Assembly (NCBI GenBank): GCA_951406725.2
Contig: OX597831.1
Span: forward strand, 42,284,001 to 42,348,000
Direction: 5' to 3'
DNA from: Octopus vulgaris
Taxonomy: Eukaryota
Length of the DNA stretch: 64,000 nucleotides
Position 1 is the first letter of the stretch, and each line of letters starts with the position of its first letter. The notes beneath the pieces are model-generated. The model was given only the letters and a program-made list of their open reading frames with translations. It was not told the origin of the DNA and searched no databases. This document shows, piece after piece, positions 24,956 through 38,487 of this stretch. Both the position numbers and the translations under genes were made by a program.

Positions 24956-26616
24956 CCATAAAAACCCATGTAATTTATGCACTTTTTTTGCAAAAACAAA
25001 AATAAATCTTAGTGGCATGTGTAAATTACATGAGTAGATCATTTCCAGAATTTTTTTAGAAATTTTGTTTGTTGAAAAATGATGTACAAATGTAAACATT
25101 CGTACCGGAAGTTGACTCAGTTAATGTCAGAATAGGTTTTTATAGAAAAAAATATAATAAAGTTGACTTTTATTTATGCTGGATGATATAATGTTTACTT
25201 TTTCTGTATAAATTTACTGAAACCATTACATGGTTAACTATTTTTTGAAGTTTGATGTTAATGCTGGTAATCACAGTCCAGGTCATATTTTACATTGCTT
25301 GGAGTTTCTACCTATCACAATGGAGCACCATTGACATAGTGATATGGATAATCTCAATTGTATGGTTTTACTTTTATCTGTTTTTCTTGTTTTGTTGTGT
25401 GATTGGTAAGATTGCTAGGGATGGTAAGGAAAAGGATGTAAATGTTTACAATTTACATCCTGACTTCTACCATTCTTGACATTGCTGTGAGCTACCGTCG
25501 CAATTATGTCTAAAATATGATTTTCCTGAACATAACTAAAACAACAAACAATTTTAAAACTTTTATGTACAACAATTACAATGGGACCATGTATTGATGC
25601 TTGGAGTCACCACTTACCATGATAATTGTGAATAAGAAAAGCATATAAAAATGATATACAACATAAGATGGAAATAAACTGATAAGCATCATCATCGTTT
25701 AACGTCTGTTTTCCATGCTAGCATGGGTTGGACTGTTCGACCAGGGTCTGGGAAGCCAGGAGGCTGCACCAGGCTCCAGTCTGATTTGGCAGTGTTTCTA
25801 CAGCTGGATACCCTTCCTAATGCCAACCACTCTGTGAGTGTAGTGGGTGTTTTTTACATGCCACCAGCACAGGGGCCAGACGAAGCTGGCAATGGCCACG
25901 ATCGGTTGGTGCTTTTTATGTGCTACCGGCATAGAAGCCAGTCAAGGGGGCGCTGGCATCGGCCACATTCGGATGGTGCTTTTTACGTGCCACCGGCACG
26001 GGTATCACAACTACAATTTCCATTTGATTTTTATTTTGATGTTGATGTACTTGATTCAATAGGTCTCCTCAAGCACAGCAGGTCACCCCAAGCGATGATT
26101 TATTATCTATTATAAAATACAATGATTGCCATACATGAAATAATATAACCAAATAGGTTACTGTAAGGATGTGTGAGAGAGAGATTTCATATTCGGCTGG
26201 ACTGTTGATCTGTAGATGACAAGTTGATGTACTGGTTGGTGGTGATGTAGAAAAGCAGTCTGTTGGTCATGTGATGTAAAGAGAAGCATGCTAAAAACTG
26301 GACATAATCTCTTCTGGGCAAGAAATGTAAAATAGAGTTTATTATAAACACTTAGTAGTTTAATAGCTTTCAATGTGATACCTGTTGAACAGAAATTATT
26401 TTTATTTAATGAAAATTTAATAAAATCTAATCATAAGTAAGTGAAATTATGTTAAGTATAACTAAATTGAAAACTTTTTTCCCCTGGCTATATCAGCAAT
26501 TCTGAAAACATTTGGGTGTGAATTTTACATGAGTAGAAGCTTTTTTTTAACAATTTTTATCCTGAAAATCACCTGCGTAAATTACTGAGGTGCACAAATT
26601 ACATGGGTCTTTATGG
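24956..26616. mobile_element. Non-autonomous Tc1/mariner-pogo-like DNA transposon with an inserted RTE-tail element (about 25688-26090)
   Basis: TIRs ccataaaaacccatgtaatttatgcac / gtgcacaaattacatgggtctttatgg; TA flanks. Confidence 0.78.
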
Positions 26617-26824
26617 TAATTGTATTATCTCAACACTTCCAAGAGCCTCTCTCAATTTCCTGATGTAACTGCTCCTCTGTTCTCTCTAAAACTTATATAC
26701 CACAGTAATAATAATATTTTAATGATGCTTGGTAATTTCCTACTTTTGGAGAGATGTTGAAGCAGTTTGTCTAGGTTTTTAATTAATATATATATATTTA
26801 TATTACATATGTGTATAAGCATGT

Positions 26825-26858
<34 letters not shown>

Positions 26859-27017
26859 GAATACATATGCATATATATATGTATATATATATATATATAT
26901 ATATAATTTTTCTTGAAGAGTTTGGTTAAATGAACGAAAGTGTTGATTTTCCAAAATTCTGACTGCCTCCTTTTTCTTAATATACAATATTTGTACACCA
27001 CTTCAAACACACACACA

Positions 27018-27089
<72 letters not shown>

Positions 27090-27357
27090 ATATATGAATA
27101 TCCGTCTGTGTGTGTATATATATATATATGTCTGTAACTATGTGTGTGTGCATATGGTACACATACACACACGCATAAATTATGAAAAGTTAATGTTGGT
27201 CAAATTCTATTGTTCATGTTTGTATACATGTATATATAGATATGTGTTTGTTTGTGTGTGTGTCTATGTATGTATGCATTTGTGTGTAAATGTACACACA
27301 CACACACAAATATAGGTTTATGCATTTGTGTAATATATGTATTTCATATATATGCAG

Positions 27358-27498
27358 GAGGGTAAAAAAAGTGAACTTGCTCAGAAGATTACCCAAGTTC
27401 GCAATGGGGTCGCTGACTTCACAACGAGCATTGAAAGGATGCGTCAATCCAGGGACTTGAAATTAGCTGATATTGAGAGGTTTCAACTACAGTTGCAG
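27358..27498 (+). CDS. ITSN1: Intersectin exon i (coiled coil: EGKKSELAQKITQVRN...FQLQLQ)
   Basis: atgcag acceptor, CAG|gtaagt donor; 141 nt phase 0-0; heptad pattern. Confidence 0.9.
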
Positions 27499-28325
27499 GT
27501 AAGTACTTTTCATCAAGACATTTGCATTTACATACCTATTTCTCTTATTCAGTTACTGTTCTCTTATCATTTACTTGTTTCAATCTTTGGGCTGTGGCCA
27601 TGCTGGGGTACCTCCTTGATGGGTTTTGTCTGAAGAAATCGACTCTAGTTCTTGTAATTTAAAAAATTTTTGTATAAGTCTAGTACTTATTCTATTAGAG
27701 TTTTTTGCTGAACTGCTAAGTTACAAGAATGAAAATAAACCAATACTGGTTGTCAAATAGTTGGGTGGGTGTGGCGAACACACGGGAATAAGTAAACACA
27801 CACACACACATGCACACAGGCAAACACATACACACAGTAGGCTTCCCCACAGTCTCCATCTACTAAATTCACTCCCAAGGCATTGGTGGGCCTGGGACTA
27901 TTGTAGAAGACACTGGCCAAAGATGTTGCACAGTAGGACTGAACCTGAAACCACATGGTTGCAAAGCAAACTTCTGGAGCACTGTCTTTAGTCGAGCAAA
28001 TCGGCAGCGGCGGTCATAATAATAATAATAATAATGATTTCAAAGTTTGGCAGAAGGCCAGTGATTTCGATTACATCAACCCCAGGTCTCAACTGATATT
28101 TATTTCATCAACCCTGAAAGGAAGAAAGGCAAAGTTGACCTTGGTAGGATTTGAACACGGAACATAAAGCCAGGCAAAAAGCTGCGAAGCAGTTTGCCCA
28201 GCATGCTAATGGTTTTGCTTGATCACTGTCTTAATAATAATAATTCATAACAACAACAACAACAGCAGCAACAAAATTCTGTAGCGATTGTCTCATTTCT
28301 TTATTTTCTTCTTCTTCTTCTATAG

Positions 28326-28410
28326 GATCTCAGTCAGAAGTATTTATTATTACAGCAACAAAAAGAGCAGCTCAATTTGAAAGTTGAAACGGCCGGTTCA
28401 ACACCAGCCT
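28326..28410 (+). CDS. ITSN1: Intersectin exon j (DLSQKYLLLQQQKEQLNLKVETAGSTPA)
   Basis: (ctt)n tract + tatag acceptor, T|gtatgt donor; phase 0 in, 1 out, bridging exons i and k. Confidence 0.87.
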
Positions 28411-29989
28411 GTATGTATTACTTCTTCACATTTGTTGTTTCAGTCTTATGTTTTGTTCATTCATTTACTTTCATCATCTCAAGTTTGTCGTTTTTATTTT
28501 CCAATTTTAAATAGTTCACTATTAAAACATTAGGAAATTCTGCAATGCTTTATGTGTATATGTGTGTGTAGGTTTTGCTAATTTAGAACCTGGGGGCAGG
28601 TTTCTTTTGCATTTCTTTGTGTCTTAAATTGTAAGTTCTGTAAATGAGAACTTCAAATTTTAAGGTTTCACCTGTTTGTGATTAAACTGGAGTTTCTTAC
28701 AAGTGATTGCCTTAACCCTTTTGTTGCCATATTTCTTTTAAGATGCTCTGTGTTTCTTTCAATTAATTTTAAATATAACAAAGAATTTTGTAAAATAAGT
28801 TAGTTATCATTAAGCTAGTGTTAAGAACATAAGTTGTGACTAAGGTTTGGCGGAAGATTTTTATTCAGAACTTTTGAAAACAATACATTTGTACTACAGA
28901 GATAGAAACAGTTTCAGCCAGGTTGGTATCAAAAGGGTTAAAATACTTATATCCAAGAAGGTCCTCTTTCTTGAATATGTGTCTTTAAAAAAACAACAAC
29001 AAAAAGCCACTAATGAACCCAGTCTCCAAGACAACATGTGCCAGCAAGTGAGTTGCTCTATACAACTAGTCATCTTGCATGTAATAACAACCAAGTTTCT
29101 CTCTTCAAAGGAGAACAGATTGGATAAAGTGGTCCTAGATATAGTTTCATAAAAGTGGAGATGGCCATGGCTGGAATGTCTTCGATTATTGGTCTACTTG
29201 ATCAGGGTGGCTTGTGGTTAAACAATATGACCATCAGTCCTCATCAACCCTTGGACATCACTGTCTCGAGTCCTTAGTTCTTATGAGGACAGTGACCCAA
29301 TTTCCATGGCATACAATGGATCTAAAGCACAACATTACCTCTTGAATGGGACACCAATTTGTTGCAGGGTTACTCATTTTCAGCTGAATGGACTGGGACT
29401 CATGAAATGAAGTGTTTCACTCAAGAACACAAAAGCCATCCTGCCTTCTGGTCTGAGAATCAAATTCACAATCTTGCAGTCGTGAGAGTAACATCTAGCA
29501 CTGGATTAACTGTTAACCCTTTAGCATTTAAACAGGCCTTGTCTGATCTGTTTTTATGATCTTGTTTTATGTTCAAACCAATCAGACCTGGCCCCTCGTA
29601 CTTATCCAACTATGTCATTTTAAAAATATACAATCATATTATTGAAATCGCAAAGCAATGAGATAATGCATGATTAATTCTAAACAGTGTGAATAAATAA
29701 GCTTAACATTCGACAGAATAATCTGAATACTAAAGAGTTATCAAGCATTAAAACAATCCAGGGCCAAATTCACATTTTGGACCTGGGCTAATTTTTTGCA
29801 ACATTTTCTATGAGAAATAATTACGTGCTTTGGACATCAAGGGAAATAGGGACACCACAGAAATAGAAATGGTAAATAGTTTATGGAACAAAAGAAATCA
29901 TTTTAAACTTGCTAAAATAATATTTAAAGTGGTTTGTATCATCAGAAAAATTTATTTATTTAATGTTTTAGTATTGTTTAAATTTCATA

Positions 29990-30130
29990 TCAAAAGGAAA
30001 ATTAAGAAAATGGAAGATAAAGCATTAATATAATTTATTATCTGCAAAAATCCAACATATTCTCTTTTGGATTTTTGCAGATAATAAATTGTATTAGTGC
30101 TATATCTCAATTTTCTTAATTTTCTTTTGA
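29990..30130. repeat. ~140-bp hairpin (~65-bp arms)
   Basis: aatttattatctgcaaaaatccaa / ttggatttttgcagataataaatt perfect core with imperfect extension. Confidence 0.9.
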
Positions 30131-30424
30131 ATAAGTATAAACTTAGATTTATATTTGGACCTTTTATTTTATGAATATTATTATTCTCAAAAAAAAATGA
30201 ACCAGTAATTCATTGGAAAATACTATCCCTTAATGAGGCGATTTTAACCTCTAATTGTATTTCAAATTACACATATATGAGGGCACTGAAATCTTATAAG
30301 TGCTTAGGACCTCTATGGATCCTAATCCGGCCCTGGTAATGCCCTAACCATTAGGTCATGCACCTTCACTAAAGTTGCAATATACATGATGTAACGGCTA
30401 ATTTCTTTTATTTTCTTCTTGCAG

Positions 30425-30564
30425 CTGAAATGCATCGAACCCTGTCGCATGGAGTTGAAATGAAGAAGAATGCAATCGAAAAATTGACCAGGGAACTGGA
30501 TGAAATGGAGAAAGAAGCCAAATCGAAACTTCTTGACATTGAAAATGCCACTGCAGAACTCAAT
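30425..30564 (+). CDS. ITSN1: Intersectin exon k (EMHRTLSHGVEMKKNAIEKLTRELDEMEKE...AELN)
   Basis: tttgcag acceptor, AAT|gtaagt donor; phase 1 in, 0 out; coiled coil. Confidence 0.9.
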
Positions 30565-30750
30565 GTAAGTATCTGAATCAGACAGAAAGCTACATGATGG
30601 TACCATCATCAACATCATTGACATCACCATCACTTTTATCACACTTCTTCCATGACCATCACTTCCTCATTTTCCTCTTCTTCTTACTCAGTAGTTTTTC
30701 CTTATTGTTATCATCCCACATTATTATCATTGCTATCTTGTTTTCCTCCT

Positions 30751-30799
<49 letters not shown>

Positions 30800-31759
30800 A
30801 TAATACTAAAACTCTAGGGATGTTTGTGTGAAACTGAAATATCTCAGAAATTGTATGTTTTATCTTAATTTCTTTTACATATTTATTTTCATACTTACCT
30901 TTGGCAGTGCAGTACAAAGTTTTGTGACATTTGAACCTCTATTTAAATGATTAAACACAATTTTTGTTATTTCTTGATGCAAAAAAAAAATTCATGACTT
31001 CCATGACATCAACACACATACAGAATCCGCACACATATAATGAATGTCATCTCCTGTCAATCAACACAAATGCGCATTCGCTATCTGTGACATACGCACA
31101 CATTGTTTTTGCCCTCTCTGAGAAAAAGAAAACCTTTGACTTTTGACATGCACAATATTTTAATCATTTAGAAATATTTTTAACTGAATGTGATTTCATC
31201 ATCCGGAGTTCGTTAATTTCATTTACTTTTGTTTTAAAGTGAAAGAGTGGAGAAAGTGAAAGATGTATGTACGTGTATATGAAATGGATGTGAGAGAGAG
31301 AGAGAGATAGAGATAGAGAGTGTGCGTGTGTGTCTATGTAAGTGAATGAATGTGTGTGTAGAGATAGAGATAGAGAGTGTGTGTGTGTGTCTATGTAAGT
31401 GAATGAATGTGTGTGTTCTCATGTATGTGTAAGTAGCTCTGTCTCTCTCTCTCTCTCGTACACACATATGTCCATTTCATATTCATGTTCATACATCTTT
31501 CACTCTCTCCTCTCTTTCACTTAAAAACAAACGTAACAAGTGATTTTCAGGATAAAAATTGTTTTAAAAAAAGCTTCTACTCATATAAATTGATTACTAT
31601 TGTTTGGATAGTTCCAATTAAATAAGTCCACAAGTTAGGTTAAATATATATATATATATACACACACACACATGATTAAGTACCGTGAATTCCCATTCTA
31701 CAAACTGGAAAAAATTCCATGAATACTTTACTGAGCAAGGCTGGGTGGTAAGTCTTATA

Positions 31760-31816
<57 letters not shown>

Positions 31817-31823
31817 GAATATG

Positions 31824-31856
<33 letters not shown>

Positions 31857-31936
31857 GCATATACACATGCATGCATACACACACATATACGCAAATATAC
31901 ACACATGTATATATGTATATGTATCATACATATAAA

Positions 31937-31977
<41 letters not shown>

Positions 31978-32117
31978 GAGGTTTAAGGATATCTGTTTCA
32001 TTCAAGAGAAATCTTCAGAAGATTTTTGAATGATCTGTAACTCCTTCTATAATAAATTAATTTTACTTGCTATGTATGAGTACCTTACTTACTGTGGTTA
32101 ACGAATCAACCCGGACC

Positions 32118-32152
<35 letters not shown>

Positions 32153-32154
<2 letters not shown>

Positions 32155-32391
32155 CAATTGAAGCATGGAAGGTGTTTATAAGCCATTTAAAACACACAAA
32201 CACCGTTAGATTAATTTCAGCATTTAAATTTAATTTGCCAAAATATTTTCATCGCTTTGAGACCATGACCTGTTTACTGACAAAATTCCGTGCTGCATAA
32301 TTTTGACAAATTAAATTTAAATGTTGAAGTGAATCTAATGGTTTTTGTGTGTTTTAAATGGCTGATAAACATCTTCCACACTGCAGTTGTT
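32153..32391. repeat. Fold-back with ~90-bp imperfect arms
   Basis: ggaaggtgtttataagccatttaaaacacacaaa / tttgtgtgttttaaatggctgataaacatcttcc. Confidence 0.88.
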
Positions 32392-32446
32392 TTCCTTCCA
32401 GCATATGATCCCATATCAAGTCACTTGCCATGCAAGTACATCTCTG

Positions 32447-32491
<45 letters not shown>

Positions 32492-32745
32492 TACATGTAT
32501 ACACACGCATATATATTTATGCCCATTGCATATAAAAACCATGCCAAAACTAACCTCACCTGTGCTAGTGCTCTATAAAAAGCACTGAATCCATTCTGCA
32601 GAGAGGTTGATGTTAGGAAGGGCATCCAGCTGTAAAAATCCTGCCAAAACAGACACAGAAGCCTGGGGTAGTTTTCTACTTGGCCGGCTCCTGTCAACCA
32701 ACCTATCCATGCATACATACTCTATGCTGTTTGTTTTCTACACAG

Positions 32746-32858
32746 GGACTGAATAAACAAGTAACTGAATTGCAGAGTGACCTGATGAAGAAACTTCAAC
32801 AGAAGAAGAATGTTGCCAAACATTCAAGACCAGATAAATTAAAAGAAGGAATTCAAAG
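32746..32858 (+). CDS. ITSN1: Intersectin exon l (GLNKQVTELQSDLMKKLQQKK...KEGIQ)
   Basis: tacacag acceptor, AAG|gtttgc donor; phase 0 in, 2 out. Confidence 0.85.
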
Positions 32859-34706
32859 GTTTGCAACAAAACAATATACTCCCCTGCTCAACACTCCTTT
32901 TTTTAAATTTTTTCATCTTAAATTCATCATTTGTATTCATTTTAATTTACACAAAATTATATTCCCCCAACCCTTGAACATTTTCCTAAATAATCATGGG
33001 ACAGGCAGCAGGATTCTTGTGGGGTTAAGAAGTTTACTTCACAGCCATGTGATTCTAGTTTCAATCCCAGTGTGCATATTAACCGAGGGTAAGGTTAACA
33101 TGGTGGAAACTGTATGGAAGCCTCTTAGATGTCTGTATGTGTGTGCAGGGGTAGGAGTGGGCTTAGGTGTGGTTTACACACAGGCTGGCTGTGTAGCTGA
33201 GAAACTTGCTTCTCAACCATATGGTCTTTGGTTCAGTCCCACTGCATGGTACCTTGGGCAAGTATCTTATACTATAGACCCAGGCTAGCCAAAGCCTTGT
33301 AAGTGGATTTTGTAGGCAGAAACTGAAAGAAGCCTGTTTGTGTGTGTGTGTGTTGCATACCCATGTCTAGACATCACATGATTGTTGTAAATGAGTATCA
33401 CTATCATACAAGTGAGGTTGTTCATTTCCAGTCTTCCTTGAAAAATATGTTTAGTCAGTGGGGAAATATTACCTTACTTGGAAACAGGTGAGGGTTGGCA
33501 ACAGAAAGGGCATCCAACCATAGAATATCTTCCTGAGCAAATTCTGCCTGGATGTTAAATGATAATGATAGTCTGTGTGTGTGTGTGTGTGTAGAGGCAT
33601 GTGGTGGCAAAAGTGTATCATATGGTGTATTGACTTGTCTTAGCTGCCATTTTAGCTCCTCCATGATTGCTAAAATATATACCAGTCAAAGAACTAGGTG
33701 TCAATATAATTAGCTGAAAGTGACGAAAATGATACCCCAGCATGGCAGCAGACCCTTGATTGAAAAAAAAAAGTAGAAAGAAAAATATTTCATTTTTGTA
33801 ATTAGTTTGCAAGATTCTTGTTGTGAACTTGTGTATTGAAACAGATTTTGCTGTATTTTGAGAAGTTCATTATGCTGATTAATACACACATTAGCATAAT
33901 GACCCTCCTAAGATACAGCAGAAACCAGAAATATAAGGCATACCTTATTTTTGAATGTTCCTTTAACACTTTGAGATTGAACTCTCATGCACGGCTCTGT
34001 TATCTTTCACTCCATTAATGATCTCAGCTGGAAGACATTCTTCACCTCTATCTTCTTACGGAAACAACAAGAAATCCCTATTGTCAATTCTCTTTGAATT
34101 ACCTTTATCAAAGTGGCTTAATGGTTAGGTTATTCAGCTCGTGATCATAAGGTCATGAGTTCAATTCCCCGTGATGTGTTGTGTCCTTGAGCAAGTCACT
34201 TTATTTCACATTGCACTCAGCTGTAAAAAATGAGTAGTACCTGTATTTCAAAGGGCCAGCCTTGTCACACTCTCTGTCATGCTGAATCCCCCTGAGAACT
34301 ATGTTAAGGGTACATGTGTCTGTGGAGTGCTTAGCCACTTGCATGTTAATTTCACAGGCAGGCAGTTGTGTTGATCAGATTAAATGGAACTTTCGTTGTC
34401 ATAACTGATGAAGTGCAACTTATTGAAGACTTTTATCAACATTATGCTATTCAAATCAATGATAAAACCTCTCTCTGTCTACATCTGTGGTTTACAAACT
34501 GTATCTATAGATACAATATAGATTTTTAAAAATAAAATATAAGGGCCTTAGAAAGTCCATTTAATGCTTGAATGTCTTTAAAAATGTGTTATTTGTAATT
34601 TTCTTTTACTGAAGCATGATTGATAAAACAAGGTAAAAATATTTTTTTCTTTATTTTTTCCAAATCTTTTTAATTGTTAAAACAGTTTTCTTTTCATAAC
34701 CCTGGA

Positions 34707-34769
<63 letters not shown>

Positions 34770-35009
34770 GATCCATCAAGCTGAACAAAATCGCAGTCAT
34801 GGTAGATACTAGTGTGATGCAAATTGGCACCCTTGCCAGTGGCATGTAAAAGCACCCATTACCTTCAAAGAGTGGTTGGCATTAGGAAGGGCATCCAACC
34901 TTAGAAAACCGTGCCAAATCAGGCTGGAGTCTAGTGCAGCCCTCCAGCATGCCAGCCTGGTCAAACTGTCCAATCCATGCCAGCATGGATGATGATGATA
35001 ATGATATAT

Positions 35010-35502
35010 ATATATATATAAATTATAAAAAAACACCTTTTATCAATTCAAAATGAAAAATTAAATTGCACCATCTAGAAAATTATATATAATAGAAACA
35101 TTAAATATAAAATAACAATAATATACCGATGATTAAGTAATGTGCAAATAATAAATATAACATATATATATTATATTTTAAAAGATTATTTACGTATATT
35201 TATTAATTAATTATTTTATTGTTGTAGTTTATTTTTAACCTGATGGGTGGCTATATTTATATGGAAGTGATTTTACTACTACTACTAATTTTTTTACTAT
35301 AATTATTTCTTAAATATATCCACGAAACACGTGTCGTTATTCTGCCAAATATATACGTTTTATTTATTATTTGCACATTACTTAATCATCGGTATATTAT
35401 TGTTATTTTATATTTAATATTTCTATTATATGTAATTTTCTAGATAGTATAATTTAATTTTGAATTGATAAAAGGTGGTTTTTTTCTAATTTTTATATAT
35501 AT
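35010..35502. repeat. Fold-back with ~155-bp inverted arms and a ~180-bp spacer
   Basis: About 35010-35170 is the reverse complement of about 35349-35502 (e.g. ataccgatgattaagtaatgtgcaaataat). Confidence 0.92.
35236..35339 (+). ncRNA. Type I minimal hammerhead-ribozyme motif (Penelope-type), A9G variant
   Basis: TAAC-CTGATGG-GTGGCTATATTTA...TAAATATATCCAC-GAAA-CACGTGTC-GTTA: stems I, II (12/13 bp) and palindromic III are all present. Confidence 0.75.
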
Positions 35503-35785
35503 ATTTTGTGAAATTTGATTTAGCATTTCTAAATTGAATTTTTCCCTGTAAGTTAGGAATAATTTTCCCTAAAATTATTATGGCCTAGTGGTTAGGGCAG
35601 CGGACTTGCGGTCGGATGATCGCGGTTTCGATTCCCAGACCGGGCGTTGTGTGTGTTTATTGAGCGAAAAAACACCTAAAAGCTCCACGAGGCTCCGGCA
35701 GGAGGTGGTGATCCCTGCTGTACTCTTTCACCACTCTAAAGGCGGTGCTCCAGCATGGCCGCAGTCAAATGACTGAAACAAGTAC

Positions 35786-35823
<38 letters not shown>

Positions 35824-37178
35824 TTAACCAAGAACCTCACCACAAAGTAGATGCAGTGGAATCACATCATTGAGCAGGTCACAGTTGGTGTGATGAAATT
35901 TTTGACACCAAATGATCAATGTTTGAGTCAAATGAACAATCATTATGGGTTTTTGAACAGCTGATATGTGTCTACCACACTGTTATCTTTTTCTTTTTGT
36001 TTCTTTTAACATTCTATGCAAAATTTAAGAAAAATAATGTTTCATTTGATCTCTTGTATATCTCAAAGTGCAAAGAATTGAAATCACTTATCAATGGTGG
36101 TTGCTTGATCTGCTGAAAATAGCAATCTATTGTCATCCAAATTATACTTGACTGTTTTAAAATTGGGTGATGTAGCCTTTGCTGCACTATGTTTGAATAA
36201 AAGATGTTATAGCTACAACTGGGTCAGTTTTGACTTCATTATAGGTGCATTCAACCACAGCTGTTCTGGGTCTTAATAACAACTATATTATGTCTCTTTT
36301 TAACAGATTCAGCTGAGTGGTGAGTGTATACAAAATGTAATGAGTTACTTCACTTTACTTTTCCAGTACAAACTTCTGCTGGGGTCAACTTTATTTCTCG
36401 TCATTACCAATTCTGTAAAATAAGTACCAGTAATATACTGAATTCAGTGTTATTATCTCCCACCACCTCTCCCCACTCCACCAAAATTACATGGCCCAGT
36501 AATTATGTTAGCAATCTTTATTAGTTATTTCATTGGCTTCATTATATGAGTGGTTGCACCTTATTGGTCTGCAGTTTTCCTTTATCTGCACATAGTCATC
36601 CTTCCATTGTTTTAATCTTCATATTTCCACTCATGTCAGTATAGAAAATGGATGTTAAATAATAATAATAATAATGATAATAATAATTTTGATGCTGATT
36701 CAGGTTGACTAATACATTGACCCTTTAGCATTTAACCGGCCATATCTGGCCCACCTTATTGACCTGTTTTACGCTCAAGCTGGCCAGATCTGGCCTCTCA
36801 CACCTATCCTACAATGTCATTCTAGAAATAAACCATTACGTTAATGAAATTTCGAAGCTTTGAGATAATGCATGGTTAGTTGAAGGCAATGTTAATAAAT
36901 AAGTATCACAGTTGACAGAGTAATCAGAAGGCTAAAAGGTTAAGTGTGCACATCTCTGCAGTATATTCAGCCACTTCTACATTGATTTCACTAGTAGTGA
37001 ATTCAGATGCTCATCATTGAGACCACCAGAAATCCCCCCCCCCCCGTCAATATTTCTACAAGCCAATGAAACACCTAGAATATCCACTCCTTTGATTATT
37101 ATATTATTGTTTATGAAAGTGATCATTAAACATTTGTTCTTCTGTTTTCAATATCCTTTTGTTTTTCTATATTTTCAG

Positions 37179-37204
37179 AAGTAGTTTAGAAGAACCAATT
37201 CAAG
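37179..37204 (+). CDS. ITSN1: Intersectin 26-nt microexon m (R-SSLEEPIQ-E)
   Basis: Long pyrimidine tract + tttcag, AAG|gtatgt donor; converts phase 2 (exon l) to phase 1 (exon n), which the frame requires. Confidence 0.8.
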
Positions 37205-38278
37205 GTATGTAATTTTGTTTTCAATGTGTTTTCAAAACAATTATAATTGGCATTTGATTGTTGTTTATTTACATGCGTAAAGTGGTTGGTGTTAGGAAGG
37301 GCACCTTGGGCAAGTGTCTTCTACTATAGCCTCAGGCCGACCAAATCCTTGTGAGTAGATTTGGTATCTGGAAACTGAAAACCATGCCAAAACGGGCCTC
37401 ACCGATGTTGGTGCTTCTTAAAAATCACCCAATTCAATCTGTAAAGAGGTTGGCATTAGGAAGGAATCCATACCAAAACAAACATTGGGGCTTGGTGCAG
37501 TCCTCTGGCTTGCCAGCTCCTATCTACCTGTCTAACCTATAACAGCATGAAAGATGGACATTATATGATAATGATGATGATATGTATATAGAATATACAG
37601 GAGTGGCTGTGTGGTAAGAAGCATGTTTCCCAACCAAGTAGGCTCAGTCCCACTGAGTGGCACCTTGGGCAAGTGTCTTCTACTATAGCCTCAGGCCGAC
37701 CAAATCCTTGTGAGTAGATTTGGTATCTGGAAACTGAAAGATGCCCGTCACATATGTGTGTGTGTGTATGTTTGTGTGTCTGTGTTTGTTCCCACACCAT
37801 CACTTGACAACTGTCCTGGGGTCGACTAAAGGCAGTGCTCCAGCATAGCCGCAGTCAAATGACTGAAACAAATAAAAGAACATAATTAGTGATTGAATTC
37901 ATAAACTTATATTGGACCCATATTTCCTATTTCCTCTTATTTCTGGGGTTGATGGTGTTAACATTTCCCCCTCCCCTCAAAATTGCTGTCCGTGTGCCTT
38001 AATCAGAAACCATCTTTATTTATATATGTTAGAGGTAATCCAGTAAACTCCCTTCGCAACACATCTTCTTATGCTTTTTCTTCTTGTTTGATAGTTCCAG
38101 TTATTTAGATACTGGATAAGAGGGAGTTTACTGTATATCCCATTTAACCAAAAAAAAACAAAAACTGCATAATTAATCTAAATATCCTATTAAAAATAGT
38201 TAAAAGCCTGATAAAGTTCGTGTAAAAGTAATTCTTTTTTTTGTTGAATTGAAAAATAAAAAACATTATGAATATTAT

Positions 38279-38450
38279 AGGCGCAGGAGTGGCTGTGTGG
38301 TAAGTAGCTTGCTAACCAACCACATGGTTCCGGGTTCAGTCCCACTGCGTGGCATCTTGGGCAAGTGTCTTCTGCTATAGCCTCGGGCCGACCAAAGCCT
38401 TGTGAGTGGATTTGGTAGATGGAAACTGAAAGAAGCCTGTCGTATATATG

Positions 38451-38487
<37 letters not shown>

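Noticed and set aside
32680-33288. 202-aa ORF as a single gene
   Set aside because: Only 32746-32858 is exonic; the rest is intron and SINE read-through.
35580-35645. tRNA gene
   Set aside because: tRNA-like A/B boxes run straight into a SINE body with several copies in the window; no complete cloverleaf.
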